This document shows positions 9,363-19,363 of a DNA stretch of 57,037 nt, piece by piece. The first letter of the stretch is position 1; each line of letters opens with the position of its first letter. Below the pieces are notes generated by a model. It had not been told where the DNA came from and made no database searches. It saw nothing but the letters and a program-made list of their open reading frames with translations. A program made the position numbers and the translations under genes. The stretch is taken from NCBI GenBank assembly GCA_022763365.1, contig JALEGN010000019.1, forward strand, positions 1-57,037. The letters are read 5' to 3'. This DNA is from Minisyncoccota bacterium (GTDB taxonomy: Bacteria; Patescibacteriota; Minisyncoccia; Phycocordibacterales; UBA1006).

Positions 9363-9776
9363 TTATGTAATTTCTATATGGGACGCCTCCATCAAAGACG
9401 TTAGTCCAATGACAATACTTATTCCAAACGGTATAAGATACCAAGCGCTTGATATCCAAACAAGTATAAAAAAAGTTGTGGCAAGGGTACCAAAAAACAT
9501 CCAAGTAAAATTAAGTATTGGCCGCTGAATATCATTAATAAGGATAAAACCAATTGCGAACATTAATACCCCAAGGGCTGTCATCCATAATGCAGATATT
9601 CCCGAAAACCAACTTACATTGAAAAATGGTATTTGCAGAAGAACAATAAGTACTCCACAAATCCCAATAATACCTCCAAAAAAGTATTTAAAAATATTTA
9701 CCATTACATGTGGCTCAGTTTCAGTATTAATATCGATACGTTGTTTTTCCGCTTTCATATATTCATATTTTGTCAT
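9363..9776 (-). CDS. Hypothetical membrane protein (about 4 TM)
   Basis: Hydrophobic ORF co-oriented behind rsmA and followed by a terminator. Confidence 0.7.
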   Translation of the reverse strand: MTKYEYMKAEKQRIDINTETEPHVMVNIFKYFFGGIIGICGVLIVLLQIPFFNVSWFSGISALWMTALGVLMFAIGFILINDIQRPILNFTWMFFGTLATTFFILVWISSAWYLIPFGISIVIGLTSLMEASHIEIT

Positions 9777-9811
9777 GAGATTTTTTTTAAGGTTATACTT
9801 ATTTTTATTAT

Positions 9812-10609
9812 TTAGTTTTCATTATATTTGTCAACTATTTGAAGCCACTTTTGGAAAGTAATATCTTCGGCTCGTACTTTTTTTTCAAGATCAAGTGAAT
9901 TAAATATCTCTTCCCAATAACTTCTTGGTTTAAGCTTACTCAGATTTTTAATAGCCTGTTTTCTCTTTTGCGCAAAAGCTGCTTTTATCACCTCGAAAAA
10001 TTCTTCTTCATCTTTACTGTTAGGAACATATTGCCTATTAATATCTGAAATTAGAATAATTGCTGAATCAACTTTTGGTGAGGGTGAGAAATATTGCCGA
10101 GCAACTTTTGCGATATATTTAGGATCCCCAAAGATTTTTACGGAGAGTGATAAGATTGATTCCTTACCATCACGAGAAACAATTCGCTCGGCAACTTCTT
10201 TTTGAATCAAAAGACACATAGCCGTCGGCTGATAAACATTACTAAGGAAATTTCTAACAATCAGATTCGTAATATAGTAAGGGATATTCGCAACCACCTT
10301 ATATGGCTTTCCTTTGGTAAATTCTTTAATATCCACCTCAAGTACATCCTGGTGGACAAGAATAAGTTTTTTATTGTCTATATATTCTGTAAACTCTTCT
10401 TTAAGGTATCCCACCATCCGCTGGTCAAGTTCAAAGGCAATCACGGTTGCACCTGTTTCAAGGAGTGGTCTTGTCAAAGCTCCTTTTCCCGGACCGATTT
10501 CAACAACGATGTCACCGCGCGAAATTTCAGGAGCGCTAATCATCGCTGAAATAGCCTTTTTTGATTTAAGAAAATTTTGTCCTAATGATTTTTTGGCCTC
10601 AAGTGACAT
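9812..10609 (-). CDS. rsmA: 16S rRNA m6(2)A dimethyltransferase RsmA/KsgA
   Basis: KKSLGQNFL, EIGPGKG, VANIPYYIT, QKEVAERI, FSPSPKVDS. Confidence 0.97.
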   Translation of the reverse strand: MSLEAKKSLGQNFLKSKKAISAMISAPEISRGDIVVEIGPGKGALTRPLLETGATVIAFELDQRMVGYLKEEFTEYIDNKKLILVHQDVLEVDIKEFTKGKPYKVVANIPYYITNLIVRNFLSNVYQPTAMCLLIQKEVAERIVSRDGKESILSLSVKIFGDPKYIAKVARQYFSPSPKVDSAIILISDINRQYVPNSKDEEEFFEVIKAAFAQKRKQAIKNLSKLKPRSYWEEIFNSLDLEKKVRAEDITFQKWLQIVDKYNEN

Positions 10610-10686
10610 ATAAATTTAGTATATAGAGGAAATGAAAAAGGGCGAACCTACAGTTCGCCCTTTTTAAACATTATTCAAAAAATTTT

Positions 10687-12654
10687 TTAAAAGTCGAGAT
10701 AAAATGTTTCTGTTATCTCTCCATCATCATCTTGATTATAATAATTTCGCTCCGAGGTATCAGAACCTTTCATATTACTGTAAGAGTCTTCATCATAATC
10801 AATCAAGGTATCAGAGATGTCACGTAAGAATTCTGATGGTTCGTTAATACGTTGCTGACCATAAATCGTTCGGAGTTTTGCATAGGAAACATGTAATTGG
10901 TCTTTAGCTCGCGTAAACGCCACATAACACAGCCGTCGTTCTTCTTCGTCCTCGTGTTTATTTTTCGCCTCGTCGCGCTCAGATGGAAATAACCCTTGCT
11001 CAAGCCCAACAACAAACACATGTTTAAACTCAAGACCCTTTGATGAATGAATCGTCATCAGCTTTACCGTATTTGAGTCTTTGGTATTTGATCCTAATGA
11101 ATCTTGGTCTGACAGTAGGGCGACTTCTTCAAAAAATCTATCATACGCATCATCTAAATCATCATATTTCTTCGCGTAGGTCACGAGCTCTTTCATGTTT
11201 TCAAGTCGCTCTTTATCATCATCATTTCCTTCACCGAGTTTTTTCTCAAAACCAGTATGTTTAATAATGTACTTAATCGTTTCAGATGGCTCATTAGTTT
11301 GAGCATATTCATAAATAGCATCAAGGAGTCCTATAAATGATTCATATGATAATTTTGCCTTAGCAGAAAGTTTCTCTGCTTGCCCGGCAAAAACATGAGC
11401 AATGGCTACTTTTCCTAAACCTCGTTTTGGCTCATTAATAACGCGCCTAATATCAGAGAGTGATTCTCGATTAAAGGCTGCTTTAAGGTAACTCATCACA
11501 TCCTTAATTTCTTTACGTTGGAAAAATTTCACACCAACGACCTGATAGGGAATCATACGATTTAAAAAGGCTTCTTCTAAAATTCGTGATTGAAAATTTG
11601 TTCGGAATAATACCGCGATGTCTTTAGGCTCTGTTCCTGACCTAATATAGTATTGGGTTTTATTGGCAACCCACGAAGCCTCTTGGTTTGCTGAGAATCC
11701 TTCGTACAGAAGAATTTTTTCTCCTTGATGATTTTCCGTTACTAATTTTTTCTCAATCCGTTCGGTATTTTTTGAAATAATGTCATGAGCAGCTTGAAGA
11801 ATATTTTGCGTTGAACGATAGTTCGTTTCAAGGATAATGACTCGCGCTCCTGGAAAGTCTTTTTCAAAATTCAAAATATTTTTCATATCAGCTCCGCGCC
11901 ACGAATAGATATTTTGATCTCCATCACCAACCGCACAAATATTTTTATGTTTTTCTGCTAATGTTTTTACAATTTTATATTGAATGGTATTGGTATCTTG
12001 GTACTCGTCTACATGGATATAACCCCACAAGTTTTGATAATATTCTCGTACCTCTTGATCATCCCGTAATAGAAAATACGTTTCTGATAAAAGGTCATCA
12101 AAATCGAGTGATCCTTCAGCCCGTTTCAACTCTTCGTATTTTGTCCATACAATAGCTGCGTACTGCGTCAAAGGATTTTTATTCGGTTCATAATTTTCAG
12201 CAGTTTTTTCGTTTGCTTTGGCACGGGAAATAACGCTGGCTATTTTTCGAGGTTCCCACTGTTTTGGATCAATATCATGATGTTTCATCGCTTGCTTGAT
12301 CAGCGATGTTTTGTCTTGAGTATCAAGAATATTGAAATATTTACTAATACCAAGTTTCTGATGCCACTGCCGCAAAATTTGAACACCGAGCGAATGAAAG
12401 GTACTCATTTTTGGAATATGGTCATCTGACCCTAACATATCAATAACTCGCTCACGCATTTCAGTCGCTGCCTTGTTCGTAAAGGTAATAGCTAAAATAC
12501 TCCATGGTTCAACATTATTATGAATCAGATGAAGAATGCGGTGGGTCAGCGTTTTTGTTTTTCCGGTTCCAGCTCCGGCGACGACCAAGAGTGGTCCTTC
12601 GGTATGCATCACCGCCTGTTTTTGCTGTTCATTTAATCCATTAAGATAGTTCAT
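10687..12654 (-). CDS. pcrA: ATP-dependent DNA helicase PcrA/UvrD
   Basis: AGAGTGKT, TFTNKAA, DEYQDTN, VGDGDQNIYSWRGA, NYRS, MTIHSSKGLEF, EEERRLCYVAFTRA. Confidence 0.93.
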   Translation of the reverse strand: MNYLNGLNEQQKQAVMHTEGPLLVVAGAGTGKTKTLTHRILHLIHNNVEPWSILAITFTNKAATEMRERVIDMLGSDDHIPKMSTFHSLGVQILRQWHQKLGISKYFNILDTQDKTSLIKQAMKHHDIDPKQWEPRKIASVISRAKANEKTAENYEPNKNPLTQYAAIVWTKYEELKRAEGSLDFDDLLSETYFLLRDDQEVREYYQNLWGYIHVDEYQDTNTIQYKIVKTLAEKHKNICAVGDGDQNIYSWRGADMKNILNFEKDFPGARVIILETNYRSTQNILQAAHDIISKNTERIEKKLVTENHQGEKILLYEGFSANQEASWVANKTQYYIRSGTEPKDIAVLFRTNFQSRILEEAFLNRMIPYQVVGVKFFQRKEIKDVMSYLKAAFNRESLSDIRRVINEPKRGLGKVAIAHVFAGQAEKLSAKAKLSYESFIGLLDAIYEYAQTNEPSETIKYIIKHTGFEKKLGEGNDDDKERLENMKELVTYAKKYDDLDDAYDRFFEEVALLSDQDSLGSNTKDSNTVKLMTIHSSKGLEFKHVFVVGLEQGLFPSERDEAKNKHEDEEERRLCYVAFTRAKDQLHVSYAKLRTIYGQQRINEPSEFLRDISDTLIDYDEDSYSNMKGSDTSERNYYNQDDDGEITETFYLDF

Positions 12655-12701
12655 GATTCGAGTATACCAATGAGCAAAAAACTAGCCAAAATGTATAGCT
12701 G

Positions 12702-13625
12702 TATTTTTAAAAAAGAAAAACCAAGGATTATTCCTCGGTTGTTTCTTCGTTTCGGTACGAAGCTTCATGTGCTTCAACTTTTGCTCGTGCATTCATCCAT
12801 TCGCTATGGGCTTCAAAATACTCATCTGAATCTTTTCCAGATTCTCGAATAGCTGCGTTCATTGCTTGAAATTTCTCTTTGGCGTCATTTTCTAATTCAA
12901 TGAAACCTTCATCATTTTGACCCAAAGATTCTCTGAATTGATGCATTTCTTGTTCTTGTTTTTCTTCAATTGCTGAAACAATACCGTCAGCAAAATTTTC
13001 TGCATTTTCTTGAATATACTCTTCTCGAGTTTGTTCAGGTGCATTAACTTCATTATTTTTCTCAGGAAGAACTCCACGTTTTTCAAGATCGTATGCTTGA
13101 GGTGCGTAGCTATTATTATAGTCAGCACGTGCTCGGTCAAAATTTTCTCGATACATTTTCCTTGATTTTTTATCAAAGAATGTAGGATTTGCTGCCATAG
13201 CTTTTTTAACTACTCGTTGTCTTGTTTCTTCAAAAACTTCTTTCAATTTTTTAGTAGAAAGTCCTTTAAAATAACCTGGTTTCCAATCAAACCTTAAGCG
13301 TTTACGCACTTTGAGGTTTTCAATATCCTTAAATTTTTTCCGACCATAGGTTTCTTGAGATGCAGCATGGCGACCATCCCAAACTTTTTCTTGCGTTTTC
13401 TTTTCAATACGTGGTCTTTTAGCATCTCTATTATTTTGTGCTGTTCGTTGTTTTGTATCACTGAGCGTTACTTTTTTCTCATGTGATTTATTTTTCTTAA
13501 ATGGATTTTCCATACTTTGATTATACATGATATTTAAATTAAATAAAAGTATTTATTTTGAATTTGTCAAAAAATAAATATTTTTGAAAAAGAAAAACCA
13601 AGGATTATTCCTCGGTTATTTCTTC
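12702..13625. repeat. 47-bp direct repeat (12702-12748 and 13579-13625, 2 mismatches) flanking one gene
   Basis: TATTTTT(A/G)AAAAAGAAAAACCAAGGATTATTCCTCGGTT(G/A)TTTCTTC read at both sites; includes the stop codon and terminator hairpin. Confidence 0.9.
12728..13513 (-). CDS. Hypothetical charged/helical protein
   Basis: Long ORF; start moved to 13513 because TATAAT lies 6 nt upstream. Confidence 0.65.
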   Translation of the reverse strand: MENPFKKNKSHEKKVTLSDTKQRTAQNNRDAKRPRIEKKTQEKVWDGRHAASQETYGRKKFKDIENLKVRKRLRFDWKPGYFKGLSTKKLKEVFEETRQRVVKKAMAANPTFFDKKSRKMYRENFDRARADYNNSYAPQAYDLEKRGVLPEKNNEVNAPEQTREEYIQENAENFADGIVSAIEEKQEQEMHQFRESLGQNDEGFIELENDAKEKFQAMNAAIRESGKDSDEYFEAHSEWMNARAKVEAHEASYRNEETTEE

Positions 13626-13925
13626 ATCTCCCATTTTATCAAAAAGACTAATTTCCTCTGCAATAAGTTTTTCAAAATCTGGAATATTTGTTTGGATAAA
13701 TTCCATCATCTGTTCTTCGTTGGGTTCTGTTTCAAGAAAATCATTAAATGCATCTTGTACCGATTTTCCAGCCTGATCAAGACCTCGCAATAGCGCTGCC
13801 TCGGTAATCATACCTGTCGTCTCCTCGATAACTTCTTGTTTTTCTTCTTCAGAATAGTCAGAGAAATCAAACATTGATTCAATAATTTGTTCAAGAGTAT
13901 ATTCTGGTTGTTGTTGTGTATCCAT
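13605..13925 (-). CDS. Small acidic hypothetical protein (DUF5663-like)
   Basis: 106-aa ORF ending IQTNIPDFEKLIAEE, a pattern seen in small CPR proteins. Confidence 0.6.
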   Translation of the reverse strand: MDTQQQPEYTLEQIIESMFDFSDYSEEEKQEVIEETTGMITEAALLRGLDQAGKSVQDAFNDFLETEPNEEQMMEFIQTNIPDFEKLIAEEISLFDKMGDEEITEE

Positions 13926-13932
13926 ATGATTA

Positions 13933-16900
13933 TTAATTATTCATACCGGTGTAACGGCGAATTTCTGTATAAATTTTTCCAATGTATCGAGCTTGATCTT
14001 CTGAAATTGGTGTGAAGACACGTGTTCGATATATATTAGTTCCCTTAATTGGAGCGCTATCAGTAATAGTATGCTCAACATGGTTTGGCATACCCAACAT
14101 CCGCATTGCGGTGTCTAGCTGTTGTTTACCAGCCTCTAATCCTGAAGCAGGATTTTGTGTCCCAATAATATTCTGGAATACATATTGACCATTTTTCAAT
14201 TTGATAATTCCAGCGTTATTCAATCCTAATTCTGGAATCGCAGCCTGAGGCGGCATTCCCTCAAAGGCTTCAAATTTACCTTTTTCAAGTAATCGTTGTT
14301 CGCGACCTGTGAAATCTCCTGTTTGCATCTCTCCATCAAATCGATAATTTGGATCGAAAGAAATTTTAGGACTTCCATTCTCATAATGAGTAACGGTAAA
14401 ATGTCCTGTTGTTTGTTTAAAGGTTTCTTTCAGCTCATTGGTATTAGTTTCTAATGTTTCTGCATTATCTGGATTAAATCCTCCCGTATTTCCAGTATTG
14501 TCTGGATTAAATCCTGTATTAGTGTTTTCTAACATTTCAAGATTTGGGAATCGAGTATTGATATTTTTGAAATCAGTTTGCTCGTAAATATCTTGCCAGC
14601 TATATAGCTTATCAAGATTCGCTCCAGTATCATTAATATTGATGAATGTTTTAGCTCCATCAGCATTTTCTGCCAATCTCCAACCTAGCATTTCAAAATT
14701 CTTTTGATTAAAGGCAACACCATTAGCATTAAATAATTCCATCACCGATCGGTCAGTGTGCATATTGCCGAATTTGGCATCAAACATATTATTCACGACC
14801 ATACGATGTCCAGGATAGGTACGCAGGGTTCGCACCTTTGAGTTTTTCTCAATAACATCAGCATCATCAGGATTAAATCCATCATTATTCGTATCAGGCT
14901 TTATAGTATCTGGGTTAAATCCGTTGTTATTTGAATTTCCACCTTTTTCAATATATTCATATTCTCCGGTTCCCATTCCACGACCCTCGTGACTACCTCC
15001 TTCAAACGGTGATTTTCCATAAAGATGTTTCTCTTGAAAGGTATTTTCTCCAACATAGTTATCACCCTCAACACGTCCACCAATATGTTCACGAACTATT
15101 GGATTACCATGTTTATCTAAGGTTAATTCATAGGCAGCACCTTTGCCCATAAATACACGGACATCAGAACCATCTTCGTTGATATAACCAAAGTCTTTGG
15201 CAATACGTGCAAGGTCATTTGCTGTTGGATTACCCCGAACTCCTAATTTCTGAGCAATTTCAGGATTATTGATTAACTGTCGCTTCAAAGCATGAGTAAT
15301 TCCTTCTCCTTTGTTAATAAAGGCATCTTTTGAAATAAATGATTCCTTTGGTTCTGGAGTTGGTGGTGTTGGATCAACAGGTTCTGGTGTAATATCTGGA
15401 GTTGTGTCAGGTGTAGTATCTGGTATCTCAATATCCTTTGGAAAAAATTCATTAAATACACCTCGAGCAGAAAATGCTCCCACCATACGTCCAGTCGTAT
15501 CCCATACTTTTCGCCAAGTATTTTGTTTTTTAACAATTTTTTCAGCCATACCATCAAGCCGTGCTTGGTAGTCAATCCATGCTGATGAAACTTTTTCAAC
15601 CCTAGGACCTCGTTGCCCTAACCTACTAAATGCAGTTCCTGAAGTCGCATTCTCAGGTGTAGGATTCATTATAATAGAACCTCGCTCGCTCCGTATATCT
15701 GCCATTTGTTGTCTATAGTCTTTGTTATTTTTTCGAAGCCAGAAATTATATAATTTTCGAGCCGTTTCTCCACCAGCATAACCACCAGCTAAACTCGTCA
15801 TAGCTGCTCCAACCCCTAGAATACTTGCTCCTGGTAGTACAAAGGCTGCACCTGTCGCAGCAAGAGTTGTTACTGCAACACGTCTGAGAAGTTTTTTCTT
15901 ATTCTGAGGATTTTCAAACCAGCGTCCAAATTGTTTTCGTGCGATTCCAATACGAGCCCCAGCTTTTTTGAACCAATTTTCATTCCGATTTTTATAACGA
16001 GAAATTTGCCGTTCAGTTTTACCTATACGTCGTTCAAGCGTTCCAATTTTTTCTCGTTGCATCATTGCTTCTTGCTTTAGCACTGATGGATCATTCCAGT
16101 TATTACCTTTTGATTCTTTTAGACGTTGAATATATTCTGGTCCTAATAAGCGAGTTAATTCACCCTTATCTATTTTATGAGTAGCAAATTGATTAAGCGC
16201 TTTTTCTCTCTCCATAGCATTTGCTCTACGCCTTTGGAGAATATCTAGGTGTTTTGATGATCTTCCTGATTCTTCTTGTGATTCTAATTTTCTAGATTCA
16301 TTATATACCTTATATTTTTCTGGGTTTTCTTCATGATCTTTTCGCATTTCTGCATTAATTCGGTCACGTTTTTCTTTTTCAGTTTCAATTTGATCTACCT
16401 TATTTTCGTTGGTAGAATCTTTTTTCTCATAAATATCCTTCTTGATATTATTTAGCCTTTCTGCTGATTTGTCACGGTAAGCTGTAATAGCCATAAGGAG
16501 TTTTCTCTCATCATCATTAAGCGTTCCTTCTTTTTCCTTATCTCGGAGTTCGTTATATTTTTTTCGAGATTCTTTATCTTTTGTATCTAAGACTTCTAAC
16601 TCTTTCCTTTCATATTCTGTAATATCACCATCTCGTTCTTTTTTTCTCAGATTAAAAAGTTTTCCTTGATCGATATGAATATACTTTTCTTCACCTTCAC
16701 CAATAATAATTTTTGTTTCTTGGGCTGCCTGCTCTTTTTCAAAAGATTTCACATATTCATCTCGTTTTTTCGGATCAGATTCTTGCTCTTTTTCTAATGA
16801 TGGGGTTTTTCCAAAATCTTCTTGGGCTTGCGCTCGGTAGTTTCCTGCATGTTCTTGTTCTAACTCTCGTGCAATTTTTTCATCTTCACCAAGATTATTT

Positions 16901-17811
16901 TTACTTTCCTTATCGCTAGAATCCTCTCCATTATGGATTTCATCCATTGTTTCCCAAACATGATCCTCATGGCTATCCTCTGCCAATTGTGACGAAACAG
17001 CATCGAGTCCTGTGTTATTTTTTTCGAGCTGTTCTAAGATATGTGGATCAGGAGCATCAGAAGATTGTTCTTCTGTAATCCGTGCATCGTTCTGCTGTTC
17101 TTGGTTAAGAATCATTTGAGCACCAAAACGCTTTTGTTCAAGTTTTGCTTTTTCGACTAACAGTTCATGTTTCTTAGCATTCTCTTCTGGAATAGAATCA
17201 ATTTTTTTCTGAATCTTTGCAATATTCTTTTCTATTTTTTGAACATTTTTTTCAGCTTTGTGAATCTTTTTCTCAATAATTGATTGGCGAATTTCTTTAC
17301 GTTCAGACTCTGCCTTGAGATAGGCTTTTTCATTATTGTTATCTTCAGCATCGCGCATCATATTTTCCAATTCTAAAATACGATCGTTTGGGTCGACTTT
17401 TTTTGCTTTTTTTGATTCATTATTTTTTTTAGGTTTTTCCATAGTTGTATTGAGGGTTGTTTTTTCTCCTGTAATTTTTTCAAATGAACTTTCTCCTTTT
17501 GAATTTACGCGTATACCAGCATCAATAATATTGGTAGATAATTCATTCAATCTCTCACTGGAAACATTTTTGTAAGGATATTTTTTCTTCATATCCGAAA
17601 AGTCTTTTTTAGAAATAAGAGTGTTTGAGTTTATTTTTCTTTTTTCTAACTCTTTAGAAAGATCTGTTCGTCTCTTGATTTCATTCAGTGGAATCTTTTT
17701 ATTATGTTCTTTCGCTAATTTCATGACACCAAGTATTTTTTGATACTCTTTAATGAGTTCGTCATCTGAAAGATTTGGAAAGAAAGTATTTTTTGGCTGC
17801 TGTTCTTTCAT
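13933..17811 (-). CDS. Large coiled-coil membrane protein with a central hydrophobic hairpin and a C-terminal domain
   Basis: Lys/Glu coiled-coil N-half; hydrophobic AVTTLAATGAAFVLPG...GG segment; Pro/Thr linker; GEGITHALKRQL motif; four GFNPD repeats. Confidence 0.75.
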   Translation of the reverse strand: MKEQQPKNTFFPNLSDDELIKEYQKILGVMKLAKEHNKKIPLNEIKRRTDLSKELEKRKINSNTLISKKDFSDMKKKYPYKNVSSERLNELSTNIIDAGIRVNSKGESSFEKITGEKTTLNTTMEKPKKNNESKKAKKVDPNDRILELENMMRDAEDNNNEKAYLKAESERKEIRQSIIEKKIHKAEKNVQKIEKNIAKIQKKIDSIPEENAKKHELLVEKAKLEQKRFGAQMILNQEQQNDARITEEQSSDAPDPHILEQLEKNNTGLDAVSSQLAEDSHEDHVWETMDEIHNGEDSSDKESKNNLGEDEKIARELEQEHAGNYRAQAQEDFGKTPSLEKEQESDPKKRDEYVKSFEKEQAAQETKIIIGEGEEKYIHIDQGKLFNLRKKERDGDITEYERKELEVLDTKDKESRKKYNELRDKEKEGTLNDDERKLLMAITAYRDKSAERLNNIKKDIYEKKDSTNENKVDQIETEKEKRDRINAEMRKDHEENPEKYKVYNESRKLESQEESGRSSKHLDILQRRRANAMEREKALNQFATHKIDKGELTRLLGPEYIQRLKESKGNNWNDPSVLKQEAMMQREKIGTLERRIGKTERQISRYKNRNENWFKKAGARIGIARKQFGRWFENPQNKKKLLRRVAVTTLAATGAAFVLPGASILGVGAAMTSLAGGYAGGETARKLYNFWLRKNNKDYRQQMADIRSERGSIIMNPTPENATSGTAFSRLGQRGPRVEKVSSAWIDYQARLDGMAEKIVKKQNTWRKVWDTTGRMVGAFSARGVFNEFFPKDIEIPDTTPDTTPDITPEPVDPTPPTPEPKESFISKDAFINKGEGITHALKRQLINNPEIAQKLGVRGNPTANDLARIAKDFGYINEDGSDVRVFMGKGAAYELTLDKHGNPIVREHIGGRVEGDNYVGENTFQEKHLYGKSPFEGGSHEGRGMGTGEYEYIEKGGNSNNNGFNPDTIKPDTNNDGFNPDDADVIEKNSKVRTLRTYPGHRMVVNNMFDAKFGNMHTDRSVMELFNANGVAFNQKNFEMLGWRLAENADGAKTFININDTGANLDKLYSWQDIYEQTDFKNINTRFPNLEMLENTNTGFNPDNTGNTGGFNPDNAETLETNTNELKETFKQTTGHFTVTHYENGSPKISFDPNYRFDGEMQTGDFTGREQRLLEKGKFEAFEGMPPQAAIPELGLNNAGIIKLKNGQYVFQNIIGTQNPASGLEAGKQQLDTAMRMLGMPNHVEHTITDSAPIKGTNIYRTRVFTPISEDQARYIGKIYTEIRRYTGMNN

Positions 17812-17815
17812 GAAA

Positions 17816-18094
17816 TTAATATTGTCTAAATTGATTCAAGTCTAATCTTGATAGTTGTTCAAAAGAGTCCTTAGGGATCAGATATATTGAACCTGTCGCC
17901 TCACCCTTAATACCTAATATTTTTATATAAATATGTTCCGCCTTTTTAGGTATATCCAGTACCACATATTCATTATCACCTAACCAGAAGGTGTCAGAGG
18001 GAATGATGGTTTGACCTAAAATTGTGAGCTCTGTCATATAGTCACGTTCTCTTTTTTCTGCTCCTAAATATGAAAATGTTTGGGGCGTATTCAT
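17816..18094 (-). CDS. Hypothetical protein
   Basis: ORF abutting the 1292-aa gene; TATACT 7 nt before ATG at 18094. Confidence 0.55.
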   Translation of the reverse strand: MNTPQTFSYLGAEKRERDYMTELTILGQTIIPSDTFWLGDNEYVVLDIPKKAEHIYIKILGIKGEATGSIYLIPKDSFEQLSRLDLNQFRQY

Positions 18095-18174
18095 AGTGTT
18101 AAGTATACTATACAAGGCTTAATAATAATATAATTATACTATATAATTTATATATATGTCAATAGTCAAGGTGC

Positions 18175-19341
18175 ATGAGGGTGTTATCATATAAATGTAA
18201 TCTTTTTTGCTTCATAAAAATTAACGAAGCAAATCACCAGAGGCTTATCAAACCGATTGCTCAAGACCCGTCTGATTCACATCAGTCGGTGACATATTCT
18301 ACAAATCTGGCCCACATCATTGGTATTGGGGTTCTTTCATTTATGGGACTGGCGACGTTCTTTAATGCGACTGATTCATCAGCTGAATCGGTACTCCGTG
18401 CCCAAGTTAATGAAACGACAAATTCTCAAACTATTGATTTGCTCTCGCCAAACTATGCACTCACGATTCCGCAAGCTATTGGAGGACCAAGTGATATTGT
18501 TGTTAATGATCGTTTGGCACTACTTTCGCCACAGGTTGGTATTGTCTCAGGAACGGAAACTATCCAAAAAGTCGAAGTTGATCCATCAGGAATCGTAACC
18601 TACGTCGTTCAAAAAGGTGATACCTTGTCTGAAATAGCTGAGAAATTTGATGTTTCAGTCAATACTATTAAATGGGAAAATGATTTAGGAAAAACCCTTA
18701 AGGTAGGAAAAGAATTACGTATCTTACCAGTAACCGGTATTAGACATACGATTAAAAAAGGTGATACCTTTGGTGGTATTGCAAAACGCTATGGTGTAGA
18801 AACCGAAGATATTACGGTTTTCAATAATATTGATGCGACCAAACTTCAACCTGGAAAGAAAATCATTATTCCAAACGGGGTTCAGCCAAAAGCAAGTAGT
18901 TCGTCTCGATCAAGTTCAGTATCGGCAAAAGTGGCAAGTGTTACGACCGCTAGCCTTGCTGCAGCCAGTGGTGAATACATCACCCCAACAGCTGGGCCGA
19001 TAACTTCACGTATGGGTCCACGTTATGGGCGATATCACTATGGAGTCGATTATGGTGCGCCAACAGGAACACCAATTGTTGCAACACGAGCTGGAACGAT
19101 AACTAAAACCTCATGTGGTTCTGGGTATGGTAAATGTCTTGTTATTCAACATGATAACGGGACGCATTCATTGTATGCTCATGCGAGCCGCCTCTATGTA
19201 ACCGTTGGAACCCAAGTTAAACAAGGACAGAAGATTGCCGCTGTTGGTTCAACAGGACGATCGACAGGTCCTCACCTTCACTTTGAAATTCGAAACTCTG
19301 GAAATGGACGAGCCTTAAACCCACTGAAATTGATTAAATAA
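18175..19341 (+). CDS. LysM-domain M23 peptidoglycan endopeptidase (true start may be downstream)
   Basis: Two LysM domains (YVVQKGDTLSEIA, HTIKKGDTFGGIA); M23 motifs HYGVD, YAH, STGPHLHFE. Confidence 0.93.
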   Translation: MRVLSYKCNLFCFIKINEANHQRLIKPIAQDPSDSHQSVTYSTNLAHIIGIGVLSFMGLATFFNATDSSAESVLRAQVNETTNSQTIDLLSPNYALTIPQAIGGPSDIVVNDRLALLSPQVGIVSGTETIQKVEVDPSGIVTYVVQKGDTLSEIAEKFDVSVNTIKWENDLGKTLKVGKELRILPVTGIRHTIKKGDTFGGIAKRYGVETEDITVFNNIDATKLQPGKKIIIPNGVQPKASSSSRSSSVSAKVASVTTASLAAASGEYITPTAGPITSRMGPRYGRYHYGVDYGAPTGTPIVATRAGTITKTSCGSGYGKCLVIQHDNGTHSLYAHASRLYVTVGTQVKQGQKIAAVGSTGRSTGPHLHFEIRNSGNGRALNPLKLIK

Positions 19342-19363
19342 AAAACACCAATTTGGTGTTTTT
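19341..19363. terminator. Bidirectional terminator between convergent genes
   Basis: AAAAACACCAATTTGGTGTTTTT. Confidence 0.8.
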
